From: a virus
Lineage: Duplodnaviria > Caudoviricetes
Virus record (IMG/VR): IMGVR_UViG_3300008266_000464
Location: 1 to 24,192 of that record
Length of the DNA: 24,192 nt
Reading direction: 5' to 3' (one strand)
Both the position numbers and the translations under genes were made by a program. Positions 1 to 8,581 of this stretch are shown here, piece by piece. Numbering within the stretch: the first letter of the stretch is position 1; each line of letters begins with the position of its first letter. The notes beneath the pieces were generated by a model. It saw nothing but the letters and a program-made list of their open reading frames with translations. It searched no databases and was not told the origin of the DNA.

Positions 1-539
1 TGCTCCAACCCATATCAGTCGAGCCTTGAGGCGATTTATTGCCCTTCTGCGTTGCCATCTCGCCGCCTGTATCTTTCTAGTCTCTATTGCCAGCGCCTCT
101 GCCTGCTCGTTCTGGATGTCATCCCATGCCTTCTCAAACCTTGACCACACAGACCCCAGCTCTGGTGGTGTGTTGTAAACCATTTGCTCCCGCACCTGCG
201 CCAGCATCTCGTTTAGCTTCGACTCCAGCCGGATACGCTCCAATGCCCTGCGACCTAGCGACAGATCGCCTCGGTACACCTCCTTCGCCTCGGCCTCACT
301 CTGTATGTATATCTTTGCTAGTGCTTCGTACTGGTCAATGAAGTTGCCAAGGTTAGACCAGATGTCATTCAGCACATCGTCCGGTGCCGATGCTGCCTTG
401 GCTACCTCCTGCACCTTCTTTACTTCTTCCTGATACTGCTTCTTCTGCTCTGGACTAGGGTCAACTATCTTGTGTTGGCGAGGTCGATTGCTGTGGTACA
501 GGCCTTGTACGCAGCAGCAATGGTGATAGGGTCAAGCAC
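1..539 (-). pseudogene. Frameshifted/interrupted phage coiled-coil protein gene in the lysis region, truncated by the window edge
   Basis: GTG at 539 gives MLDPITIAAAYKACTTAIDLANTR then TAG at 467-465. The -1 frame is open from 531 to base 1 (RQHKIVDPSPEQKKQYQEEVKK...RLIWVGA) but has no ATG/GTG until 414. Hand translated. Confidence 0.6.
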
Positions 540-540
540 A

Positions 541-819
541 TCAGAACAAGTGCAGCTGCTTCTTCATTGCAATGATCTCTTCGCGCAAGGCATCGTTCGC
601 TTCCTCGCACTTACGGTTCTGCTCTTCGACCGCAGCCAGCCGATCAGATAGGCGCGACACTTCCTCCCGCAGCATTTGGATAACCTGCTGGGTAGCAGCG
701 TCAGTCGCGCTGTTGATGCGGCCTTCGCGGTTGTCAGCCAGCACCTTGCGGTACATTGCATAAGCACCGGCCACAGCAGCGCCAGCGCCCACTCCAAGGT
801 TAGTTAGCCACTCGTTCAC
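541..819 (-). CDS. Small membrane protein, N-terminal hydrophobic segment plus coiled coil (holin/lysis-associated candidate)
   Basis: 92 aa, GTG start with AAGGGG upstream, hydrophobic LGVGAGAAVAGAYAMY then heptad-rich C-terminus; lies directly after the fiber genes. Confidence 0.6.
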   Translation of the reverse strand: MNEWLTNLGVGAGAAVAGAYAMYRKVLADNREGRINSATDAATQQVIQMLREEVSRLSDRLAAVEEQNRKCEEANDALREEIIAMKKQLHLF

Positions 820-849
820 ATCACACCCCTTAATTTCAAATTATTCTAG

Positions 850-3800
850 TTAAACAGAAATTATTGTTGCGCGAGATTTTTTCACAGCAAAAACCCACCC
901 AAGATTATTACCGCTATCAACATTGCCGTTTAAAATCAAAGAAGACCAAGTAGCGCCGCCTGTAGCATTGCTATCCTGAATGTCCAAGAACGAAACAGAT
1001 ACCGTACCAGACGCATCTGATAACGTAAACCGAGTTCCCGGAGTTGAGCTACGGATTGAAACCAAGTTACCCGCAGTGCCAGACAAATTGAAGGCGTTTA
1101 CCGTTGTGGTTGTACTTGCCGGGAATGTGATCTGGCTTGCTGTAGCGTTCGTATTGGCAATGTCGTTAAAAGTATTTGCACCAGTAATCGTCAGCGTTCC
1201 CGCACCACCTTGGTTTAGTGTGCAGTTGTATGTTGATCCGCCGCCCACAAATGTTTTTGCACTCGCGGATGTCATACTGATTGTGCCAGTGCCAGTACCT
1301 GCTGTAGTGGTGAAGTTAGTTGGTGCTGCGTTATTCCAAACAGTTGCGCCACTTCCGCTAAGAGCTAATGTTCCGCCATTAAAGGTTAAGTTTTTAGTGC
1401 CAGCGGCAGTTGAAGCTGATGTATTGGTTAAAGTAAACCCGGCTAAATCTAGCGTTCCGTTAGTTAGCGTTAATGACGCATTTATACCGGCATCAGCTAA
1501 GGTTGTTGTAATCCCCGCTGTATTAATATTTAATATGTCTATTGTCTTACCTGTGTAAGTCAGTGTTCCTGTTCCTACAGTTGTAAAGTCTGTGCTTGTG
1601 TAAGTACCGCCAGATGCAAGTGTAAACCCATGGCAACTAATAATTACTGCACCGGGATTGCAAGTTGATCCGGTAAAGTTAATTTGCCTGAAGCTACCCG
1701 TAAATGTGGGTACAGACGCGCCTGACGTTAAGTTAAGATTAAGCCTGTTACTTGTCGTTGCTCCCGCAGTTCCACCAAAGTTAAATGTCCTTGTAACAGA
1801 CATTGCTGCGCTAATATTTGACGTACCTGTAAACGTAAAGTTTGTGGCAGTTGCCATAGACAACACTGTTGACCCAGCAGTTGCGGTTGTTACCGTAATT
1901 CCACCAGTACCAAACGCTATTGATCGTGTGTTGCTGTTGTCTGAAGAAAAAATACCGGTTGACAATATTAAATTGTTTAGGTCAAGCGTACCATTAGTTA
2001 ATGTGCAAGTTCTAGTAGCTCCTAACGTCATTGCATCTTGAAGCTGCCATGTGCCGCCTACGCCGTTAAACGTAACAGGGAAATCCATTGTCTTCCCGTT
2101 GCTGGTAATAGTCTTTGTGCCGCTAGTGGCAGCAAACGTCATTGTTGACGATGAAGCAGTCAAAGACATTCCAGTAGACAATGTTAAGTCACCGTAAATT
2201 GTTGCAGTGCTAATCTGCTGCCATGTTCCAGCATACCCAGTAAAATTTACATTACGTGCTGTATTTCCACCAGTACCCAAAAAAAACAGCGCATAAGTAC
2301 CGCCAGTAAAATTAAAATCAAATGATGTTGCTTCAGACGATGAACCCGCAACAACAGTGATTGAAGTCGAACCTGTAGATGTAATGTTTACTGTCCTACT
2401 TGTGCCAACAAATGTATGAACATTGTTACAACTAAAAGCAGTACCTGTTCCAGTTATGTTGATTTGTCCAGTAGAGCCAAATGTAAGTACTTTTTGCACA
2501 GCAGTAAATGTACCGCTGTCCCATGTGGCAATATTTACTGTTCTATCTGAAAAATTAAAATGACCATACCGAATGTTAAATGTTTGAGTACAAGTCAACG
2601 TATTATTTATTAATCTTAATCCACCAGAACCACTATTCGCGAAACAATCAATACGCATACTGACATCAAACGTATTGCCTCCAGTATCAAGATCAAGAAT
2701 TGATGTTCTTCTCCATAAAAATCTAGGTGAAGTTGCTCTATTTACTGTTACGCCTGAGTTTAAAATCCAATTTCCTGAAATTGGAATTTCTGGACTAGAT
2801 TCATCACCTAAAGAACCTGCTGTCAACGTCCAAGGAAGTGTTCTATTTGTTGCATTGATTGCACAAACATTACAACTATTTGTAAATATAAAACTCGCTC
2901 CTGACGGAAATCCATTATCGTCTATAATCAATGTGTCTTGTGGCAGCGGCATATTATTAAGACTGCCAGACCCGCCAGAACTTAGAGCATAGCTTGCAGA
3001 CGTAAACTGAGTATTTGCAGTCGACACAAGGTAAACGGTTTTTGGCGTAGAAAAAGTAATGTTTGAGTTAAGACCAGCATCGCCAAATGACGTACCACTT
3101 AAAGTGCCAACAGCGCCAGCAATTGTTATGCCAAAAAAATCAACATAATTAATTCCACTTGCCGCCGCAATTGTCAAAATTCTAGAAGTCGCAATTGAAC
3201 TTTCAAATGCTTGACGACAATTTGGAGCTGATGCGCCACCAGTAAAAGAAAACGTGCCAGTAATTGTTAAGTCATTACTTATTGAGACTTTTCTATGTGT
3301 TGCTGCTGCTGTTCGTACAAATGTAAGATTGGTAAACGTAGACGCGCCAGTAATACTATTTACAGCAGAACCGGAAGCCGGCATATTAAAACGCACATCA
3401 TAAAAAGTATGCGCGCCAGATATACCTGAAGTAGCACCAGTAAACAAAATTTGAGATTGACCTGCATTAAATGTAAGATTTGTTATGGTGGCACAAGAGA
3501 AAGAACCACTAAGTGTTACTATAGAGTTATTAAGTTTAATTGTTCTTGTATTACTGTTACTTGAACTAAATGTACCAGCACTAACAGCATAATTTGATGT
3601 GCTTGTATCAAATGTTCCGTTCGTTACAGTTAATGTGCTTAATCCACAACTAAAAGCAGAGCCAAGTGTCCATGCGCCACCAACGCCGTCAAATGTAACA
3701 GGCCCACCAAATGCCACACCGTTCGTTGTTATTGTTTTTCCGGTAGTCGTAGCGTTAAATGTCGTAGTGCCTGTGTAACTGCGAGTGAAGTTTGTAGCAG

Positions 3801-4080
3801 GAAAAGATAAAGACCCGCTGACAGTCAATCCAATGCTTGTGCCAGCTAGTGTCATTGCACCGTCAAGACCGCTGATTGTGATGTCGTTACAAACCCTTGG
3901 CGTGTTTGCCATCGTAACGGTAAACGCGCCTGTACCTACGTTAGAGTTGGCATCAAAGAATACGTTATCAGCAGCCGTTGGAACTGACGCACCTGTAGCG
4001 CCGCCTGATGAGGCAGACCAGTTAGCCGTGTTGGTACTACTCCACGTTCCAGTTCCACCAACCCAATAGCGATCTGCCAT
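850..4080 (-). CDS. Large T/G/S/N-rich beta-repeat tail fiber / receptor-binding protein
   Basis: 1076 aa ORF beginning MADRYWVGGTGTW, with repeated LTNGTLDL and VTF(D/N)GVGG motifs, beta-solenoid-like composition, located after the tail fiber. Confidence 0.8.
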   Translation of the reverse strand: MADRYWVGGTGTWSSTNTANWSASSGGATGASVPTAADNVFFDANSNVGTGAFTVTMANTPRVCNDITISGLDGAMTLAGTSIGLTVSGSLSFPATNFTRSYTGTTTFNATTTGKTITTNGVAFGGPVTFDGVGGAWTLGSAFSCGLSTLTVTNGTFDTSTSNYAVSAGTFSSSNSNTRTIKLNNSIVTLSGSFSCATITNLTFNAGQSQILFTGATSGISGAHTFYDVRFNMPASGSAVNSITGASTFTNLTFVRTAAATHRKVSISNDLTITGTFSFTGGASAPNCRQAFESSIATSRILTIAAASGINYVDFFGITIAGAVGTLSGTSFGDAGLNSNITFSTPKTVYLVSTANTQFTSASYALSSGGSGSLNNMPLPQDTLIIDDNGFPSGASFIFTNSCNVCAINATNRTLPWTLTAGSLGDESSPEIPISGNWILNSGVTVNRATSPRFLWRRTSILDLDTGGNTFDVSMRIDCFANSGSGGLRLINNTLTCTQTFNIRYGHFNFSDRTVNIATWDSGTFTAVQKVLTFGSTGQINITGTGTAFSCNNVHTFVGTSRTVNITSTGSTSITVVAGSSSEATSFDFNFTGGTYALFFLGTGGNTARNVNFTGYAGTWQQISTATIYGDLTLSTGMSLTASSSTMTFAATSGTKTITSNGKTMDFPVTFNGVGGTWQLQDAMTLGATRTCTLTNGTLDLNNLILSTGIFSSDNSNTRSIAFGTGGITVTTATAGSTVLSMATATNFTFTGTSNISAAMSVTRTFNFGGTAGATTSNRLNLNLTSGASVPTFTGSFRQINFTGSTCNPGAVIISCHGFTLASGGTYTSTDFTTVGTGTLTYTGKTIDILNINTAGITTTLADAGINASLTLTNGTLDLAGFTLTNTSASTAAGTKNLTFNGGTLALSGSGATVWNNAAPTNFTTTAGTGTGTISMTSASAKTFVGGGSTYNCTLNQGGAGTLTITGANTFNDIANTNATASQITFPASTTTTVNAFNLSGTAGNLVSIRSSTPGTRFTLSDASGTVSVSFLDIQDSNATGGATWSSLILNGNVDSGNNLGWVFAVKKSRATIISV

Positions 4081-4083
4081 GAC

Positions 4084-4260
4084 TTACCCCTGTTGTTCTG
4101 CGTCTTCTATTGGAGGAGCTTCAATAACAGCAATCCAGTTAGTCAACCGTTGCTGCTTCATAGCCTCAATTTCTGCCTCTGTGTAACTATGGTCATCAGG
4201 CAAATGCAAAGCATCACAAAACTTGCCGTATTCTGTATCAAAAGAAAAATCTATCGTCAT
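4084..4260 (-). CDS. 58-aa acidic protein, probable fiber adaptor/chaperone (not in ORF track)
   Basis: Hand translation MTIDFSFDTEYGKFCDALHLPDDHSYTEAEIEAMKQQRLTNWIAVIEAPPIEDAEQQG. ATGA overlap with the upstream fiber stop; ends 3 nt before the next ATG. Confidence 0.8.
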   Translation of the reverse strand: MTIDFSFDTEYGKFCDALHLPDDHSYTEAEIEAMKQQRLTNWIAVIEAPPIEDAEQQG

Positions 4261-5627
4261 GTTTTGGTCACTTTCAAAGAAATTGTCGCCAAAGTAATTG
4301 ATGTTGGCGTTGCGTCAACTTCAAACTCCAAAATGTCTCCAGCCAATAGAGAAGTTGTCCACCCTGTTAATGTACTGCTTTGCGCTTTTTGAGCGCTAGA
4401 TATAGCTGGCGTTGCGCTGGCAGTAATGCTGGAAGTAGTTGGGTAGCCAGAATAAGTGGATTTATTTATGTCAATTACTATTGAGCCAGTTTGATCCGCA
4501 GTTATTGTCCACTTATTTATAGTGCAATTAAATGGAATTTCAATAGCGCCTTTTTTCCCGCTAGTAATTACAATACCACCACCATCAATAGTCATTACAA
4601 TTTCTGCACCAACCATTGATGTTAATGACGATGCCGCACTAGTGGCAGAATTAGCCGCATTAGTAGCAGAGGTTGACGCAGAGGTTGCGCTGTTTGAGGC
4701 GTTCGTTGCAGATGTTGATGCCGCAGATGCGCTATTGCTTGCATTAGTCGCAGATGTTGATGCGCTCGTTGCTGACCCAGATGCAGAGGTTGCGGAGCTA
4801 GCTGCATTGCTGGCTGATGTTGCGGCGTTTGAAGCAGATGTACTGGCGTTCGATGCTTGAGTGCTGGCAGTCGAAGCGGAGCTGGCAGCATTGCTTGCAG
4901 AGGTCGAGGCATTACTAGCTGACGTTGCGGCAGCAGAAGCCGATGCCGCCGCCGCTGTTGCAGAGGAACTGGCAGCCGCTGCGTCAACTACCAAATCCCA
5001 TTTAGCAGAATCAGCATTGCTGGAGATTGGCGTTGTGCCAGACGATGTATGTGCTGTGTTGCAACGATAAACATTGCTATTGCTAGAATCTTTTACCAAA
5101 TCACGTTTGGCATAATAAGTTGTAGCAGCCCAGTTACCTCTCCACTCACCAATTTCGTCAACGGCAATTGGATCGCCTGTTACCGAGTCAAATGACAAAA
5201 CCTTACCAAGCCTATTCGCCTTGGTTGGCAGCGTCATGTTGATATCCGTTGGATCGTAGACTGGAGCCTTTAGGCCACGCAGCGCAAGTTCATACGTCTG
5301 CTGTGCGAAGATAGTCTGCGAGTCTAGTTCATCGTTCAGACTGTTTGCCAGCAGGTCGCCGCCAGTCACAAAATCTGTTGAACGTGCGATGCCTCGCGCA
5401 CCGACGATGGTGATGTTGTTTGTACCAGCCGTTGCCACTAACGTCACAGAACCAGTGCCATCAATATTGATGCTAACGGTATAGTCTGTTGTCAGCGTCA
5501 GTAGTGTTGACCCACGGTAAACGTCAATGTCAGTCTGAGAAAGAATCTCAAACGTGAATTGGTATGGCCCTGTTCCACTGGGCGCATAGACCACTCGGCG
5601 CAGCACATCAGAGATATCGATTGCCAT
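4257..5627 (-). CDS. Tail fiber protein (T7 gp17-like N-terminal attachment domain, CBM-like module, Ala/Ser stalk, C-terminal beta domain)
   Basis: 456 aa; N-terminal GTGPYQFTFEIL..DIDVY..DYTVS..GGDLLANSLNDELD; aromatic module WRGNWAATTYYAKRDLV..VYRCNTAHTS..KW; SA-rich heptads. Confidence 0.85.
   Translation of the reverse strand: MAIDISDVLRRVVYAPSGTGPYQFTFEILSQTDIDVYRGSTLLTLTTDYTVSINIDGTGSVTLVATAGTNNITIVGARGIARSTDFVTGGDLLANSLNDELDSQTIFAQQTYELALRGLKAPVYDPTDINMTLPTKANRLGKVLSFDSVTGDPIAVDEIGEWRGNWAATTYYAKRDLVKDSSNSNVYRCNTAHTSSGTTPISSNADSAKWDLVVDAAAASSSATAAAASASAAATSASNASTSASNAASSASTASTQASNASTSASNAATSASNAASSATSASGSATSASTSATNASNSASAASTSATNASNSATSASTSATNAANSATSAASSLTSMVGAEIVMTIDGGGIVITSGKKGAIEIPFNCTINKWTITADQTGSIVIDINKSTYSGYPTTSSITASATPAISSAQKAQSSTLTGWTTSLLAGDILEFEVDATPTSITLATISLKVTKT
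4625..4985 (-). repeat. Degenerate 21-bp coding repeat (SASNAAT/SATSAST heptads) forming the fiber stalk
   Basis: Protein reads ASASAAATSASNASTSASNAASSASTAST...; recurring gcagatg/gcagagg units on the + strand. Confidence 0.8.
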
Positions 5628-5629
5628 GA

Positions 5630-8581
5630 TTAATCCTCAAGCATTAAACGGGTTGCAAGGTCGGGTTCTTTGAGTTTCAGCTTTTCCAATGCCATTCGGT
5701 CAAAGGCAGAAGCAATCGACTGCAACGACTCCTTCTTCTGATCCTTGTCCATTGCTGCATACTCAGGGGAGTTCATCCGGCTGACCATCAAAGCGTACAT
5801 GGTTGACCCCGGATCATAGCCATCCCCAGAGGCGCTTCGCTCCCCCGGCATCCTGCCAGCAACATCAATCTCCATCGCCGTTTTCAGGAGGAAATTATAT
5901 TGCTCGGCGTTGAAAATAACACCACCTTTTTTCTTTTCTGGCATCTTTATGCCAGCCTGTAGCCGCTCTAGTTCCTTGCCAACTTGGCTATGTCTGGACT
6001 CGAAGGTACGCCACGGAGTAACCACGTCCCAGCCAGAGCCACTACCCTGTGGGACCACCTCGGCCCAGCGGTTAAGCTTGGGAGGCACATCCTTAGAAAA
6101 GAACGGGTTCCGTGCCTTGGCCTTCTGTAGCGCCTCGTAGAAGCCTCTTAAGGCAGGATTCAGACGGGTAGGGTCTTCGCCTGCCAGACCAGCACGAGGC
6201 ATCATGGTGGACGATCCATCCGGCATGATCCAGCGTTCCATCGCAGCCGAAGCCGATGAGACTGTTGGGGCCACATTCAGGGCGGCAGAGACAGACTTCT
6301 CAGAGAAGGTTTGAATCAATCTGCCCAGCTTATCCTTCCATGTACGGTACTCAGGACCAAAGGCTTTTGAGATATCAGAGACGCCTTCGACCATCGGCAA
6401 GTCGGTCATGTACTGAGCCACACCGACAGTTGCAGCAAAGGCAAGATTCTCTAATGTTTCGGGGTCATCTTCATGTTGAGCGAAGTAGGCAAAGTCTGCG
6501 GCGATTGCCATCAACCCTGCGTGTGGGCCTAGCTGGTTATAGCTGTAACCAGTCCACGATCCATCCTCATTTTTGAAGTTGATCGTGTACGGCATGATGC
6601 CCATTGCTTCCAAGTTCTGTCTGGCCGCAAGATCTTCAGGACCAGCACCAGTAATCATTACATTGTCGCCAAAGCCGCCCATCGATCCCCATGCCAGCAT
6701 ACCGATAGCACCATTGCCCAGCATGAACTTGGATATAGCCATGTCTGCGTCAGGACCACCAGCTTTGATAGTCTGGTAGAACTTTGGATTCAATAACTGT
6801 GTTGGGCTACGCTCAAGTGTTGCCAAGATAACATTGCTAGGCGTCTTGTAAAACGGCACAACCAGCTTGACCACTGGGTTGTTAAATGCAGGCTCCATCT
6901 TTGCCAAGAAGTCTGGCAAGTCAGACTGGAACACCATCTCTTTTGCACCCTCACGGACATCCGTGATAATGCTTTCAGGCGGGTTCTCCATCACATCCGC
7001 ATAGCGACGGGCAGCAGCTTCACGAGCAAAGGTCTTGTCCTTACCCTGCTCAATCAGATCGTCGTACAGCTTCATGCTGTCGCGCTTGGCTGCTTTGCGT
7101 AGCAGGTGGTTGGATGCTACTGACTTAAACACTTCATCTTCAGTCACCAGCATACGCCCCGGCAAGCGGTAGTATGTTCCAAGTAAATCAACGGCACGAC
7201 CACCAAGACTTTCTTCTGGGATATTAAAGTTCTGTGCAGTAATGGCCTTGCGTTGGTTCAACTCAATCTTATTTGCAACACTCAGCGGTTCACCTTTGGC
7301 AAATGCTTTACCGCCAATCAGGAACGCATCACGCATAATCTCTGGCGCATCAGACAGCGACGCGAATGCCTCGCTTGAATACACGCGATCAGTGTCGCCT
7401 GTCAGCTTGGTACGCACCTTGCCGACAACACCAGCAAATGCGGTCTCAGGTATGTCAGCCATCAAACGGATAAAGTTCGATGTGACGTTGACCATGTGTG
7501 TAACTGGGCTGCTCAAGATGGAGTTGATGTATATCTCCATCAGCGCATCAACTGTCTTGGCACCGATACCCTTCTTCACAAACCTTGCCTGCGTGGCCGG
7601 ATTGTCCAGACTCTCATACAGACGAATAGCAATGTCGATGTTCTCTTCACCACCAAACTGCTTCGAGATTCGCATAAGTTCTTCTGCACGGCCAGCAACT
7701 GCCTCCATGCGAACGCCGGTGGTCTGCGCCAACTGACTGACCGCATACATGGTCCGGCCACTCTCACTCGCCACACCAGATACCGATGCCAGCATCTCTG
7801 CTTCAGCCGATACGACCTTCATCCACGCATCTTTGTCAGCCTTGGCACCACTCTGCAATGCCTTCTTGCCCAGCGCACGGGCTTCGTTGTTTAGGCTAAC
7901 GGTAGCGATAAAGCCAGCCACAAAGTCTTCTGCGTTGAAGACCTCGCCTTCCTTACGCTTTAAGAACTGACGCACAACATCGTCCATGCCACGGGCTTCA
8001 GCCGCAGCAACCAACGAGTCCATGTTCAACGTGCCACGACGCGCACTCTCAATTAAGTCTTTGTTGGCGTTCTTAACCGCATTCAGGTACTCAAGGCTAT
8101 CCCGTGTCTCACCACTCACCTCATCGATGATGCGGACAAGGTTGATGCCCTTACCCTTCTGTGCGCCCAATGCCGTGATGAACGAAGACATACCCGCTTC
8201 GTCTTCCGGCATGATGGTGATGGTCGTGCCAGATATTCTTGGCTGTGGCTGCTCAATCAGGACACTGCGCTCTTCAGCCTCTGCGGTAGCTTTCTTGACG
8301 CGTTTGATAAAGTTAGGTGCCGTCTGCTCAACAACAGTCTCAACAGCTTCAGCAGCCTTCTTAGGCAATACCTTCTTTGCAGCCTTAGTCACCAATGTGC
8401 CAAGGCCAGCAACCGGCTCGAACTCTGGCATCTCTTCTGTCTGCAATCCAGCCGCAGCAGCAAGGTCTTGGTCTACCAGTTCAGCATCAGCCTGCGTGAC
8501 TTGCGGAACAGGGATAGACTCACCCTGAACAGACGCTGACATCTGCTCAAGATCGCCTTGGATGTTTTCTTGGATTGCCAT
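5630..8581 (-). CDS. Large internal virion (ejection) protein
   Basis: 983 aa, mostly helical, last and largest gene between tail tube and fiber (position of T7 gp16/BPP-1 Bbp10); C-terminal PYTINF..YSYNQLGP..AADF segment typical of such proteins. Confidence 0.7.
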   Translation of the reverse strand: MAIQENIQGDLEQMSASVQGESIPVPQVTQADAELVDQDLAAAAGLQTEEMPEFEPVAGLGTLVTKAAKKVLPKKAAEAVETVVEQTAPNFIKRVKKATAEAEERSVLIEQPQPRISGTTITIMPEDEAGMSSFITALGAQKGKGINLVRIIDEVSGETRDSLEYLNAVKNANKDLIESARRGTLNMDSLVAAAEARGMDDVVRQFLKRKEGEVFNAEDFVAGFIATVSLNNEARALGKKALQSGAKADKDAWMKVVSAEAEMLASVSGVASESGRTMYAVSQLAQTTGVRMEAVAGRAEELMRISKQFGGEENIDIAIRLYESLDNPATQARFVKKGIGAKTVDALMEIYINSILSSPVTHMVNVTSNFIRLMADIPETAFAGVVGKVRTKLTGDTDRVYSSEAFASLSDAPEIMRDAFLIGGKAFAKGEPLSVANKIELNQRKAITAQNFNIPEESLGGRAVDLLGTYYRLPGRMLVTEDEVFKSVASNHLLRKAAKRDSMKLYDDLIEQGKDKTFAREAAARRYADVMENPPESIITDVREGAKEMVFQSDLPDFLAKMEPAFNNPVVKLVVPFYKTPSNVILATLERSPTQLLNPKFYQTIKAGGPDADMAISKFMLGNGAIGMLAWGSMGGFGDNVMITGAGPEDLAARQNLEAMGIMPYTINFKNEDGSWTGYSYNQLGPHAGLMAIAADFAYFAQHEDDPETLENLAFAATVGVAQYMTDLPMVEGVSDISKAFGPEYRTWKDKLGRLIQTFSEKSVSAALNVAPTVSSASAAMERWIMPDGSSTMMPRAGLAGEDPTRLNPALRGFYEALQKAKARNPFFSKDVPPKLNRWAEVVPQGSGSGWDVVTPWRTFESRHSQVGKELERLQAGIKMPEKKKGGVIFNAEQYNFLLKTAMEIDVAGRMPGERSASGDGYDPGSTMYALMVSRMNSPEYAAMDKDQKKESLQSIASAFDRMALEKLKLKEPDLATRLMLED

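Noticed and set aside
465-467. TAG recoding (alternative genetic code) as explanation of the early stop
   Set aside because: The protein-like continuation is in a different frame, and all long genes are intact under the standard code.
2279-2286. A8 homopolymer in the giant fiber gene as a phase-variation tract
   Set aside because: Short tract in AT-rich sequence and the frame is intact.
4522-5070. Several overlapping ORFs and periodic repeats that might suggest a CRISPR array or overlapping genes
   Set aside because: Explained by the degenerate Ala/Ser/Thr heptad coding repeat; no identical repeats with unique spacers.
850-5627. Diversity-generating retroelement acting on the fibers, as in BPP-1
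   Set aside because: No reverse transcriptase and no near-identical template/variable repeat pair seen in this window.
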